This document shows, piece after piece, positions 1 to 13,530 of a stretch of 64,000 nt of DNA. Positions within the stretch are counted from its first letter, which is position 1. The number at the start of each line of letters is the position of its first letter. Made by a program: the position numbers and the translations under genes. Source of the DNA: Takakia lepidozioides. Taxonomy: Eukaryota; Plantae; Bryophyta. The stretch lies in the NCBI GenBank assembly GCA_030704615.1, contig CM060733.1, positions 70,122,001 to 70,186,000 of the forward strand, given 5' to 3'. The notes under the pieces are model-generated. The model did no database searches, had not been told where the DNA came from, and saw only the letters and a list, made by a program, of their open reading frames with translations.

Positions 1-18
1 CCATCCAAGGGTGGTTTT

Positions 19-177
19 ATGAAGTTGTCTCGGGGGGACGGTGCGACAGGTGGCACACCAAGTTCATTCCCTAGATGGAAAAACGGCGCTGAATTTCCAT
101 TGCAGGGGAATTGGATGAAGTCGTCTCGGGGGGAGGGAGCGACAGGGGGCACACCAAGTTCATCCCCTGGATGGAAA
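19..177. repeat. Two ~63-bp direct repeat copies (19-81, 115-177), probably within a decayed retroelement
   Basis: atgaagttgtctcggggggacggtgcgacaggtggcacaccaagttcat vs atgaagtcgtctcggggggagggagcgacagggggcacaccaagttcat. Confidence 0.6.
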
Positions 178-949
178 TACGTTTTCCAGGCTATGTTGTA
201 CTGGAGCAAGGGAGGAGGAGCTGCACAGGTTTGTGCAATCAGATGTACTCAACGTCAATCTCACTCTGCACGAGACAACCACAAGCGACGCTTCATAATA
301 GCTGAGCTGTTTGTGTTGTTGGAAGGAGATGCAATCCTTCGCAACGAGGATACCCATCTCAAAGCTTTCGAGTTGAGAGACCGTCAGACCCTACCTTTAT
401 TTTCCTTGGTATTCAGTGAGCGGGAGATAGGGGAATTTTGTTTTGTTTTTACCTGGTAGAGACAGGAGGATGGTTGGTTAGAGAGGGCTACTGTAGCTTG
501 GGATAGGATTAGTGGCCGGTTCTTTGATATATATATACCTCTCACACCTTACCATCCTGCAGAACGAGGTACCTTGAGAGCAATCTGGCATCCGGGTTTG
601 GGCTGGGGTGTTCTGTAGGGGATACTGCAAAGGATTTTTAGTGTGGGGGTGTTGTTGTTTGATTTTCTTGTGTTTGGATCCCCTCCACACCTGCATGCTT
701 GACTGTGCGCCATGATAGTTTTGTGTGGGCACTTATTTTCGTAAGGGTTAGGCCGGATTTGATCACCAATCAATCCTAGAGTATGCTGTCGGTGGGCTGG
801 AGTGATGGCCAGTAGACCACCAGTGTTCTTTCTATGGTGAGTCTGCATTGATGAGCAGCAGACCATAGGAGTTCTTGCAGTGGATACTGGTGCATGTGCC
901 CTTAGCCATTGGGATATGACCCTTAAGCCGTGTCAAGTAAATTTTACTA

Positions 950-1080
950 TAGTGTGAAACTAACTAAAATATATATGGTTATTTGATTATTTTAACACTT
1001 GAAATTAGTTCAAGTGCTAAATCAGGTGTCAATATTTTTAAACTTGACACCTGGAATATCTTATCTTCACACTCGTCAGT
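950..1080 (+). repeat. Dispersed repeat shared with 63640-63810 (probable retroelement/LTR segment)
   Basis: taacacttgaaattagttcaagtgctaaatcaggtgtcaa...aacttgacacctgga matches taacacttggaataagttcaagtgttaaatcaggtgtcaa...aacttgacacctgga near 63731-63790; both preceded by tagtgtgaaacta. Confidence 0.6.
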
Positions 1081-4000
1081 CGTGCGGTTCATCTCTCTCG
1101 AGTTGAGCCTGCACGACTGAGAGCTCCCTCGCTGCTTAGCATGTGAGCGTGTGAGTGTACTTGTGGAGGGAAAGTATGATGTTGTGGGGTGGAGTCCCCA
1201 TAGTTTGGGGTGCCTTTGGCTCGACTGCCTATTTTAATGAGTGATTGTGTTTAGTGTTTATGTGTGTCATGACAGTGTGAGTTTAGTTTAGATTTCACTC
1301 GAGAGAGATGCTCTCTTACCTGTGAGTGCAAGGTAGGAGTTGAGAGTTAGCACTTGTATGATTACATGTATGTAAGTCATGCTTAGTTTGAAAGGTTTAA
1401 AAAAAGAAACAACGTGCAGGTTTAGACCATCCCAGTTTGGTTTCTAGGTATATAGATGGTCATGGGAAGCAGAGCGATCGGAAGAGCGCTCCTGGTTTTG
1501 GCTTTGGTTTTGCTTAAAGGCTGAGTGAGAAGCAGTTTCCGTTGCTTTATGGGTCAGCATTACAAGGACGCCGAGAGGATGGCGATGAGAGGATGCAGCT
1601 GGTACTGTTGGCATCAACGGTAGAGGTGGTGACGATAGCTGTTGCGACTGAGCACTTATCCCCGTGCAGGCCGACTCTATCATTGAATATTTTGGTTGGA
1701 AGAGGCTGGTAGCGGGGACATGAGTAGCCGTTTATCTTTTTAGGCGGGTCTGGAACCTGTGTGATCTGCAGAGAAGGAAGAGCCCCTGTGCGATCAAGAG
1801 TCGTACATGATGGCTATGGTCACTATCTAAGTCCTACCGGCAAAGAGAAGTTACGTACTCCTCTTCACAGGGTGAGTTTGCATTTCTAAGTCCTACGGTA
1901 TTCTACAATCTACTCAGTAACTGACTTCCAAGTCTTTTGTTTTATTGTCTAATTCCTATCGCCTAGGCCCTCGAGCCGCCTATAGCCGGGATATGTTTTA
2001 ATCCCTTCACAAAGCACTTGCCAAGCCTAGGAAGAAGAGGGAAAATCTTCCTCTCCCAATGCCCCTCCTTCACTGAGTGCTTGAGTTCAAGTCACCTCTG
2101 ATGGAAGGGCCAATGCTCCCTACCCCAGTGCCTAAATGCTTTATTTTAGCAAAGGAGCGGCCAAAGTACCTATTATAATCCAATAGGTTCACCAAAGTTC
2201 AATAAGGTGACTCTAAGCCCCTTAAATCAATACGTTCAATCAGTTGATAAATGCCCCTCAGGCTATAAATTGCACCACGTGCATCTATCCTATTTAAGCA
2301 ATTTTGCACATCAGAAATGTTGGAAAGTAAAAGAAATTAAGAAAATCCAGGAAAAGTACCTCCCCTATGGGAAATCATGTGGGGAATCCAAAGATGCCCT
2401 TGGCGCCTAGAAATGCCCTCGGGAACCCAGTGAGGACCGAGGAACATCCGGGAACCGTTCCCTACTGCGGGGAACTGCCGCGACCCTATCGGATGAATGA
2501 ATCTCGCTGAGAATTCATCCCTACCACTACATTCGTTAGTCCAGAACATGCATGCGTAAATAATAAAATAAACACTGGTGGGTCCAAGCCAGATTTCACC
2601 CCTTTATATTATTTTAAAGTGCTGGTGCGTTTTCCCTCCGTGGAAAAAAATCATCCCCTACCTTGGGCTCTGACACAATGGCTCACTGTAGCCGAGTTTT
2701 TAGGACATAGTACTTTCTCTCCTCCCTTGTCTCTCAAGGTCTCCGCCTCTAGCTCACAACTCACAGATCCGCTCGGCTCTTTCTTGGAGTCCTAAGAACG
2801 CTCCCCTCCAAGGCTACGTCCTCCCAAAATCCTAGATTTTATCTACCTCTGGCGCCTTAGATAAAGACTCATAACCCTTAGAGGGTTCTAAATTGAATCT
2901 AATAGCTAAAGGTAAGAATACCCCCCTTTAAGGGAATTTGCAGACACATTGCCCGCTGGGTAAAACGCCCCCGCCACGTGGCGGGGCGCAGATCCGCGAG
3001 TATCGGTCCGAACCGTGGACCGCTGCGGTTAAAGCCGCCGTCCGCCGGTCCGTCTCAGTTTTTGGTTATCCCGTGAGTGAAGACCTGCACCCTGCTCGCA
3101 CGCTTCAGGGCTTCACGCCTGAGCCACGCGGCTGATGTACTTCAGTACGACTTAAGGTCAGCACTGGGGCCCCGCTTCCCGTACGTCGTGGCTGGGCCAC
3201 GGCTGCCTCCACGCTTTAAGTAATCAAGTGCCTATCTTCCTGGCGCAACACCCGGGCTGCTCGCGACTTAGCTGGTATCAAGCAAATTGAGCCCGCCCAA
3301 ACCATGGCTTGCTTGTGTGGGGGGGGGGGAATAGTACACAGTGGCCTTATATCATAGATCCAGCCTGCTGGCCTTCCTTTTCCAGAGCTGGATATATTCC
3401 AAATTAGTAACCAAAAACACAAAGATTCCTTCTTCAAACAAATCAAATACAAGCCTCTATTGGTACGATTTCCAATAGGCTATGGGTTCTTCCCCTTGTC
3501 AATCATCGACATGAAATAGTGGGATTCCACAGTGCATGCTCATCTTTTGAGGGCCTAAATCAGATTTTCAACTTCAAGCTTTGCTTGGAAAATAAATGAA
3601 TCACATACATAAATGGTGAAATGGTAAGATGGGATCAACCTTTCAATGCGTGAGTGCTTGGGATGCTCTATCGACTCAAGTAATGGTACTCTATGCGGCC
3701 TTCACTTGGGTTCTCGTCCATAAGTCCATACCAGCCCCTCCTACTCGTTCACAAGTCACTTTCCTCCACATGAAATTGCCCTCTTCCTTCACAAATGGAA
3801 ATGGCTCAAAGGCCCACAAGCTAGGCCTCTTGCCTTAGCCCTCAAGAATCCTACCTAACTAGGGAGCTTCAAGCTCCACTCCCTAGGATCTAGCCCCTCC
3901 ACAAGCCAAAAACTAACAAGCACTATAACAACAATCAAGATGAAACTAAGCAAATGAGCTAGATAAAGAGCAAGAGAAGCCTTGCTCATCTTTTATACTA

Positions 4001-5539
4001 TTTTTGAGCCTAATAAACTAATGAAAAATATTCATTAAACTATTGTTTCCTTGGAGGATCTATAATATAATATTCAACATGGATGAAAAGTCTTAAAGGC
4101 AAATGAAAGCTGGCTTTTCATCCATCCAATTGGATGACCAGTTGGCGCGAGTTGTCATTTCATCCATCCAGCTCCTCAAGGCGAATTTCAGGATTTTTCA
4201 TCCATCCAAGTAGTAGAAATTCAAATAATCGGCTCCAAAGAGTGTCGTCGACTCAATAATTTGGCGCCGCTGCTAATCTGCTCCATAAATCACCAAACTT
4301 GGTGAAAAACTACAATTATATACCTTGTATCAGCTTGTAAATTCTCAGGGCCATCGGTGGTAAGAAGTTGCGCCTTTCGCCATTTGTCGTACTTTCGCTA
4401 CATAAAGATTTTGTGGTATTTTTGGAAATCAAATCCCTGGTGATGGCTCTCGGGTCTTTGACCCTGCCACTGAGTCATAGGTTGTCCAGAGTCCCCTCCA
4501 GTTGTCCCGCACCACTAACAAGTCCACGCTTTGCCGTTTGAAGTCATCCTGACCTGTTGTCATTCCGATGCAGCCATTTGCTTTGTTGCGATATTTCATC
4601 GCTGTACATGTCGCTTCCACCAATTGCCAAGCTCCTCGCCGTGTGTTCATACTGGACTTGAAAGGTGGGAGAAAAGAGAGATCGCAATCTGGGACTGGAA
4701 CAGTCGCCCTGTATTGTTCAAACATGATTACCTTGTCGTTTCTGGTACAGAATTGGCAGCCTAATCCGCGGTCGATGCAGCTTCCTACGGTCATCTTGAC
4801 GCCAGAGTTCCACTCCATGGTCATCGTAGACACTGTCTAATTTCCTACGTGCTTGACCAACGATTTCCAGACAACTAACAAACTAACATGTTTTGGCAGT
4901 ACAATGTCGAAACCGCTTGTTGATAAAAAACGATCTGAAAAAGAAAGTGTACCAATATATGCATCTACACCTGGGTGCTGTCGTGGATCTTGGCGTGGCT
5001 GGCTACCTGAGCCCTGACAATCAACACTATATCAGCAGTGGCCTTCGACATTCTCGTGCACCTCACTTTGGTAAGCTCCCTTTCAAATCATAGTTACTCG
5101 CTTTGATGCACGCGCCTAACTCCCAAACTGGCCGCCGGGCCAACTCGGAGCTTCGGCTGCTCACCGGGGCATAACGGTCCCCCTTTGCTCCTCCACAAGA
5201 CCCTCGCACACTTCGGGCCTAGTGGATATTCCCTTTGGTTGTTGGCAGTCCGGAACAGCTCCCCACACCTTGGTCGCTTTCCGGCTCGCACGCTTACTCA
5301 CTAGTTTTTGGTCACCAACGGGCTTGCACCGTTTTCGGGGTTACTACTCCATATATATACTTCTGTGACTGTCCATGGGGGTTTCACAAACAACACAGTC
5401 CTTTTATGGCGAACCACCACGAAGACCCTTGATTCCCGGTGATGAGTCGCGGTGAGTCTTGGCCCACCCACCGCGGCCCCAAGACTCCCCACGACTCCCA
5501 CCACAAGGTCTCAGCCCGTAGAGGAGACAACAAAAATTC

Positions 5540-6110
5540 AAATCAAACATGTTACCATTCGGAGGACTCAACATAATGTTCATGGGCGATTTCATGCAGT
5601 TCCCCCCAGTCGCCGACGCGCCTCTCTACTCAACGAACATACAGCCCATATTCACATTCACAAAATACACACATAAAAAGATTATAGGCAAAAACCTATG
5701 GGAAAATTACATACGCCCTAACACAATCATATTGACCCAGCAAATGAGACAAGCCCACGATGTACAATATGCGAAATTGCTACAGAATCTACGCGAAGAC
5801 AACTTTATCCAAACGGGTTTCGAATTATTATAGACAAGATTCATGTCGAACCTGAAAGTCAACCTGCTCAACGAACCCTGGGATAAAGCAACGTACATCG
5901 TACCTCGTAACCAGTTAAAGAGCGCCATCAATCACCAAATGATAGAATATTACACACGTAAATCTAACCACGCGTACTACACCATAGTAGCCACAGACAC
6001 CTACAAGAAGCACGCACTCTGCAACGAGATCCAATTCGCAATCCAACAGACCGTACCCGGGAATAGAAGCCACAACCTTTCTCCATTTTTGAGATTGTAC
6101 AAAGGAATGA
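5540..6110 (+). pseudogene. Pif1-family (Helitron RepHel-type) helicase remnant
   Basis: PFGGLNIMFMGDFMQFPPV (Pif1 motif III region) and IILTQQMRQ..D..YAKLLQNLR; in-frame TAG at 5831 followed by continuing homology. Confidence 0.8.
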
Positions 6111-6519
6111 CACCGTATCCACAAAATCGTACAACTTTGAAACATAAAAGAGGTAAATGTAAAAACCCATCTGCAAGGAACAAGGCCACACTCTTTAAAT
6201 GTATGCCACTGGAACTAGACAATGAAATTCTTGCAGTCTTTGGGTAGCCAAAGAATTACCGACTTACACACAGTAGACAAGCAAGAAAAGATAGCCATAA
6301 GGTTTAACAGTGACATCTTGTTGGAAGCGTAGGCGAAGCAGAAAAAAATATAACATATTGTTGCATCGCACTTTGCACCTAACTTCCCAACAAAGCGGTG
6401 TAGCATCAACCTCGGTCTGAGAGAGAAAGCTGCAGTTCTATAGATTAACGTGATTAATTTTAAAGTCGCACTCTTAGGGTTTAATTCTCCTAAAAAACCC
6501 ACCGATATATACTCTGCCC

Positions 6520-6525
<6 letters not shown>

Positions 6526-6569
<44 letters not shown>
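6526..6569. repeat. (CT)n microsatellite
   Basis: about 22 CT units directly upstream of the ATG at 6591. Confidence 0.95.
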
Positions 6570-6571
<2 letters not shown>

Positions 6572-6590
6572 ACCATACATACAAACAACC

Positions 6591-7367
6591 ATGTCAACAT
6601 CGGAAATAGCCGACACAATAGACACTGTAACGGACCAAGAAATAACCCACCAAGACATGACAATTGCTCTCAGCTGGACAAGTCGAGGATCGTCCCTGTA
6701 AACATCTAGGAAGACAATGATGTCGTCTGCTTTCGGGCACCATGCCCTAAAGGTGGGGAACACATGGAAACGCCTGCCCAATATTACAAACTTCCACAGC
6801 GCCTTGTGGAACGTCCCTTCGGACCATGAAGAAATAGCAATCTTTGTAGGTATTGCAAAATTCCCCTACCTTGGCAAAACCGGGAATTACAGATTCGTGA
6901 CTTTCGCCGAAGAACTAAAAGACGCAAAATTCACAATATTAATAGAAGACAGCCATTTCATGTTCGACTACGCAAATATAATAACGGAATGGTCCGATCA
7001 TTGGAGGAGGAGAGGCGAGGACATGAGGTGGATGGGTGAAAACAACATGAGCTTCACGAAAAAGCTCCTAAAAACTAACGCAAACAACTCCAGCTCGATG
7101 TCCAGTAACAACAAACGTCACAAAACAAACAACGACGGGATGTACAATACAATAGAAGTCCTTAACGAAAATGGCCAAAAAATGGATGGAGAATCCGTAC
7201 GTTCAAGGGATCTCGTTGCAATCAAGTGTAACATCCGATATTGGATGAATTTCCGTCACAAGAAACACAGGCTTTCATTCCAATTAAAAGGGATCAAACT
7301 GTTGGCCAAAGCACCAGAGGAGACAGAGTCGAACGACGACAACTGGAGCAAAAGCATAGCTTGGTAG
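6591..7367 (+). pseudogene. Helitron-associated accessory ORF, possible OB-fold ssDNA-binding protein (one internal TAA at 6699-6701)
   Basis: Intronless ORF between the helicase remnant and the element tail; C-terminal beta-rich segment VRSRDLVAIKCNIRYWMNFRHKKHRLSFQLKGIKLL followed by an acidic tail, SSB-like. Confidence 0.4.
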
Positions 7368-7681
7368 AGCTTAAATTAGACACATCTAAACGTTCCATGT
7401 AAGGGCCACCATATTTTATAAAGACCGTCCTCCTTCTCCTCTTTGAAAGGTCTACATTTTGTCCCAATGCATGCTCACAACGAATAATAATAATAAGAAA
7501 TACTGATTTATCATAGTCCAAATCTACTTGTTGTACCAAAACGGCCCATGGAAAACCCCTCCAACTCCCCTCCCCCCCCCAAATCGGAACTGCGTGACCG
7601 ACATTTTGGCACACTGCATGATCCGTATTCTCTCTCATGATCCTCGAGTATGGCCATCTGTCCGGACGTCCTTCTCAGAAG

Positions 7682-7960
7682 TCATCGCTAGTAGTGCGGA
7701 GCAACGCGAAGCCCTAGTTCTAGCGACGACCGAAGGTCGGAAGCTAGTTTAGCGTAGAGCAGGAATAGGGTGTCATAGTGCCACATCATCGTAGCCACGT
7801 CATCGTCGTCGTCAATTTCTTTGGAACCTGCACGGAATGCCCGCGCGAAATAGGCCAATAGAAATCGTTGCGCCAACGTTTTAGGAACTGCCCGCAATGC
7901 CTGGATCTTGATCTTCTTGAACTGCAGGAGCTCTGCGTTTTCCGCCATCGTTCACCTAAC
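7682..7960 (+). mobile_element. Helitron2/Helentron-like tail-to-head junction
   Basis: Tail tcatcgctag-tagtgcggagcaacgcgaagccCTAG(7717) abuts head ttCTAGCGACGA-ccgaaggtcgg; the short inverted repeats tcgtcgctag/ctagcgacga are reverse complements; CGACC-GAA-GGTCG hairpin; recurs at 26772, 58400-58480 (-) and 61000-61075 (-). Confidence 0.6.
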
Positions 7961-8249
7961 AAGCACAGGCATGGATAGCTGAAGGAGCAGGGATCGAGTG
8001 TGGGTCCAGATTCATAGATCGATCCGACATTATCTGACTACAGACACAATCAGCACACACAACAAGTTATTGCCAGGCTGTGTTTCAATCTCTGCCTCCT
8101 ATTAGTACCATGATTTGGTATTCTTCCTGATGTTTACAAGGTTCTTGCGAGAGTCAGCTTGGTCTTGTGTTTCAATCTCTGCCTGCTTAGAGATCCACGC
8201 TGACCTTGTTGAAATTGGATTAGCGCTTACTGGAGTCTGCCCTTGTTGA

Positions 8250-11200
8250 CATGTATGCCGAATGTGGGAGCATGAACTATGCATGTCAAGTTTCAACAAT
8301 ATGGCAAAATGAAATATTGTCCCTTGGAGTTCAGTGATTGCAGGATGTGCTATGCATGGGTGCAGCAGGGATGTTTTTGAGACCTACGAGCAAATGCAAC
8401 ATAAAGGGGTAAGGTCAAACAAGGTCACGTTCATTTGTGTTCTCAATGCATGTGCCAAATTTGGAGCCCTAGAAAAGGACAAGCGGGTCCCTGCTGACTT
8501 TAGGAAAACTGTTGCACATTATATTAGCTTGGACACAATCAAGGCAAAAAGGTGAATGCCTGTTGGAAGCAAAAGAAAGTCAGCATAGGAACTAGTGTGA
8601 TAAGTCTAGGCTGTATGAGTATCCTTGCTTATAGCTGCATCCATGAGGTGAAATCATGGAAGCTTCGGACGCAGTCCTTGTGGCATTTGCAAAAAGTGGA
8701 CAACTGAGTCGAAATGCTGCCTGTCCATGTGGCTCTGGAAAGAAGTACAAGAGGTGGGTTCTCGCTCTTTTCACAACTCCTCTCATCTCTCTGCCCCATT
8801 CCAATGGGAGTGTTGTAAGGCGGAGAGAAGCAATGTTTATGGCTGCTTTATCTCACACTCATACTTAAACAGATGGATTTTGTGGCTAGATGAGTCAAAT
8901 TTCAAACTTAAAGCAAAGCAAGTAGTACTATCAAACATCATGTAGCCTGGCAATAAGCTGGCCGTGCGGCATCTGTGGCTTGAACACTATCTTACAAGCA
9001 AAGTATGCTCCAAATATATTGCCTATCCTTTATTAGACCATGACTGGTAAAAATCTGCGGAATTCTGTTGCAGGTGTTGTGGGAAGTCATAAGCTTGGAC
9101 TTAAAAACAGGGAAGTCATGCTGCACAAGCACGCACTTATGAAGAGTTTGTGCTCTGTTGTGAGGTCAGGTGGCCTCCTGCCGTTTTATCGTTTTGGTCA
9201 CCTACTTTCATTCCAAAGGGACTTTGACAGATGCAACTGGGTCTTTACATCTTTACATCAGCACTTCCTCTGAGCAAATGATGTGCGAAGGGGTGAAGCC
9301 CAACCGCATATCGTTTGTTTGCATTGGCAATGCGTGTGCAAGCCTGGCAGCCCTGGAAAGGTGCAAAGAGGTGCATGGTGACATCGTCAAATCTGGAACT
9401 GTACCCGATGTAATTATGAACACTGCCTTGCTGGACATGTATGTCAAATGTGGGAGCATTGAGGATGGAAAGGGAGTGTTCGACAGTATGGCTGAATGAG
9501 ATGTGGTGTCGTGGAGTGCGATGATTGCAGGATATGCACAGCAAGTATACGGGATGGAGGACTTGGAGACCTATGAGCAATTGATGTGCGAAGGGGTGAA
9601 CCCGACCACATCACGTTTGTGTGCGTTTGCAGTGCGTGTGCAAGCCTGGGAGCTCTGGAAAAGGGGAAAGAGGTCTGTGGTGACATCGCCAAAGCTGTTA
9701 TTGTACCTGATGTCATCCTGAACACTGCCCTGGTGGACATGTATGCCAAATGTGGGTGCATTAAGGATACGAAGGGAGTTAATTTCAACACCATGGCTGA
9801 ACGAGATGTGGTGTCGTGGAACGCGATGCTTGCAGGGGTATGCACAGCAGGGGCGTAGGATGGAGGCTTTGGAGACCTATGAGCAAATGATGGGGGAAGG
9901 GGTGAAGCCACATCACGTTTGTGTGCGTTTGCAGTTCGTGTGCAAGCCTGGCAGCCCTGGAAAAGGGCAAAGAGGTGCATGGTTGCATCGCCAAAGCTGG
10001 AATTGTACCAGATGTGATCCTGAACAATACCCTCGTGGACATGTATGCCAAATGTGGGTGCATCAAAGATGCGGATGAAGTGTTCAACAGTATGGCTGAA
10101 CGAGATTTGGTGTCATGGAATGCCATGCTCGCAGGATATGCACAGCAGGGGCGCGGGATGGAGGCCTTGGAGACCTATGAGCAAATGATGGGTAAGGGGT
10201 GAAGCGCGACCACATCACGTTTGTGTGCGTTTGCAATGCTTGTGCAAACCTGGGAGCCCTGGAAAATGGGAAAGAGGTCCGTGGTGACATTGTCAAAGCT
10301 GGAATTGCACCAGATTCATCCTGAACACTGCCCTGATGGACATATGCCAAATGTGGGTGGATCAAGGATGCGAAGGGAGTTTTCAACACTGTGGTTGAAA
10401 GAAATGTGGTGTCGTGGAACACTATGCACAGCAGGGTATGCACAGCAGGGGCACGGGATGGAGGCTTTGGAGACCTATTAGAGTGTGTGTACAGAAGCAT
10501 CCAAGAGGGCCAGATTTCAAGCACAAGATTACCTATGATTTTGTCAGTTAGTTCGTTAGCTCGGAGCAGGGATAGAGTGTGGGTCCGGATTCATCCAAGA
10601 GGCCAGATTTCAAGCACAAGAGTACATGTGATTCCATGTGGATCGATAGCTACATGAAACCTGCATGTGTAGATGGTCAACTGGAAGCTGCAGAAGCAAC
10701 GGCACAATTGATAAAATCAGGCATTGCTAATCAAGGCACCTTCTTCAACACATTTCACCCAGTTTTTCCCTCACAACAAGAAAGCAGCCAAAAACAGGTA
10801 ACAGGGATGAGGAGAAGTTGTGGAATGAATACTTTTCTGACCACATAACTTTTGTGTGCGTGTGCAAGCCTGGCAGCCCTGGAAAAGGGCAAAGAGGTCC
10901 ATGGTTGCATCGTCAAAGCTGGAAATGTACCAAATGTAATTCTGAACAATACCCTTGTGGACATGTATGCCAAATGTGGAGGGAGTGTTCAACAATATGG
11001 CTGAATCTGTCTGTTTTGCCCTCTCATCAGACTCGGCCCTGAGATGCATATTGAATTATGTAAGTTAGCTTGTTGGGTGTATCTGTGGTGGTTAGGAGTG
11101 ACTTTGACAAGTTACTGCCGATGTGGCAGCAGGAAAGTATCCAAAAACAGATAATATAGATGAGGAGAAGCTTGTTGACGTTTGTTTGCATTTGCAATGT

Positions 11201-12892
11201 GTGTGCAAGCCTGGCAGCCCTGGAAAGGTGCAATGAGGTCCATGGTGACATCGTCAAAGCTGATTTGTACCAGATGTCATGCTGAACACAGCCCTGCTGG
11301 ACATGTATGTCAAATGTGAGTGCATCGAGGATGCAAAGGGAGTTTTCGACAATATGGCTGAAAGAAATGTGGTGTCGTGGAGGGCGATGATTGCAGGATA
11401 TGCACAACAAGGGCGGGATGGAGGCTTCGGAGACCTATGAGCAAATGATGGGGGAAGGGGTGAAGCCCGACCGCATAACGTTTGTTTGCATTTGCAATGC
11501 GTGTGCAAGCCTGGCAGCTCTGGAAAGGTGCAAAGTGGTCCATGGTGACATTGTCACATCTGGAATTGTACCCAATGTCATTCTCAACACTACACTGCTG
11601 GACATGTATGTCAAATGTGAGTGCATCAAGGATGCAAAGGGAGTTTTCGACAGTATGGCTGAAGGAGATGTGGTGTCGTGGAGGGCGCTGATTGCAGAAT
11701 ATGCACAGCAAGGGGCGCGGGATGGAGGCGTTGGAGACCTATGAGCAATTGATGTGCGAGGGGGTGAAGCCCAACCGCATAACGTTTGTGTGCATTTGCA
11801 ATGCGTGTGCAAGCCTGGCAGCTTTGGAAAGGTGCAATGAGGTCCATGCATGTGACATCGTCAAAGCTGGATTTGTACTAGATGTCATCCTGAACACTGC
11901 CCTACTGGACATGTATGTCAAATGTGAGTGCATCGAGGATGCAAAGGGAGTGTTCAACAGTATGGCTGAATGAGATGTGGTGTTGTGGAGTGCGATGATT
12001 GCAGGATATGCACAGCAAGGATGCGGGATGGAGGCTTTGGAGACCTATGAGCAATTGATGTGCGAAGGGGTGAAGCCCAACCGCAACACATTTGTTTGCG
12101 TTTGCAATGCGTGTGCAAGCCTAGGAGCCCTGGAAAGGGGGAAGAGGTCCATGGTGACATCGTCAAAGCTGGATTTGTACCAGATGTCATCCTGAACACT
12201 TCCCTGGTGGACATGTATGCCAAATGTGGGTGCATGGAGGATGCAAAGGGAGTGTTCGACAATATGGCTGAATGAGATGTGGTGTCGTGGAATGCAATGA
12301 TCGTAGGATATGCACAGCATGGTTGTCATAGGGAGGTCTTGCAACTATTTGAAGGAATGCAAAAGAACGGCTTGAAGCAGTATGTGTTCTCTCTGCATGC
12401 AGCCACACTAGCTTTCTGAATGAAGGTAGACGTTACTTCGATTCCCTGAGTGAAGATCATGGTGTCACTCCGACAGTAATAGCACTTTGGCTGCATGATG
12501 GACCTTCTTGGACGTGCAGGACAACTAGTGAGGCAGTGGACCTAATTAATAAAATGCCAATCAATCCAGATGTTGTGGTGTGGAAGGCCTTGTTTAGTGC
12601 CTACAGAATCCATGACAATGTAGAGATGGATGCTCACCAAGTGTTTCAACAAAATGCCTCAATGAGTTTGGATCATGTGGAACATAATGTTGGCAGGATT
12701 TACCAAGCACGGGTGTGGTGGGAATGCTTTGGAGACCTATGAGCAAATGCTGCGCGAAAGGGTGAAGCCCAACCACATCACATTTGTTTGTGTTTACAAT
12801 GCGTGTGCAAGCCGGGGAGCTCTGGAAAAGGGGAAAGAGGTCCATGGTGACATCGTCAAAGTTGGAATTGTACCAGATGTCATTCTGCAAAC
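8250..12892 (+). pseudogene. Tandem PLS-class PPR pseudogene array (P-L-S repeats, partial E-domain region near 12400-12620)
   Basis: Repeated motifs DVVSWNAMIAGYAQQG, ALETYEQM..EGVKPDHITFVC..ACASLAALEKGKEVH, VILNTALVDMYAKCG; many frameshifts and TGA stops. Confidence 0.9.
8656..9091 (+). pseudogene. Captured two-exon fragment encoding a SEC-C zinc-binding motif
   Basis: SRNAACPCGSGKKYKR, GT-AG intron (~8753-9073), then CCGKS-stop. Confidence 0.7.
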
Positions 12893-12904
12893 CAACGACG
12901 CAAT

Positions 12905-13080
12905 GGCGTGAGCGCGCGAGCGTACGCTCACGCAGGAGTGACGTGGCGTGAGCGTACGCTCACGCCAGCTGACGTGGCGTGAGCCTGCACACACGCTGAC
13001 GTGGCGTGAGCGTCATGTCAGCATGCTGATGTGGCGGTAAATGATGACGTGGCACTGTCCGTCATCTGCCACGTCAGCAT
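12905..13080. repeat. Subterminal (gct)gacgtggcgtgagc repeats of element 1; similar copies at 24278-24390
   Basis: Several tandem ACGTGGCGTGAGC copies at both element ends. Confidence 0.8.
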
Positions 13081-13530
13081 TAACATGCGCCGCCTATAAC
13101 CGTGGATGGTCCTATGACCGTGGAATTAATGCAGGGAATCTTGCCTAAATAGAATCAAGACGAGCGTTGAGGCCTACAATTGCAGCATCCAACATTGTGC
13201 AATTACAAATGCTTGTTTCACTTTTACAATTACGAGGACGACAAAATATCCTCACAAAGTGTGCGCCATAAAGGCTGCCACGGGAAGACCTTCCTCCCTC
13301 CTCAAATAACAATGAGAGTTAGGATCATCTTCAAAAGATGATTGTAGTGCATAGCGACAGCAAGACATGTAGACTTCGAACGGTGCAATGACAAATGTGC
13401 ACTACCTAAAAGTTGTCACTCAGAGCTCACTCCGTATAGTTGGAGGCCATATCATTGCACAGCCGACGAATTGATGTGAATTACACATTTCAAATCATGG
13501 TCATCCACATACCACATTACATAGTTCATG

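Noticed and set aside
2665-4430. LTR retrotransposon PBS/LTR (gctctgacaca) on the minus strand
   Set aside because: PBS match is imperfect and no paired LTR or pol motifs could be confirmed
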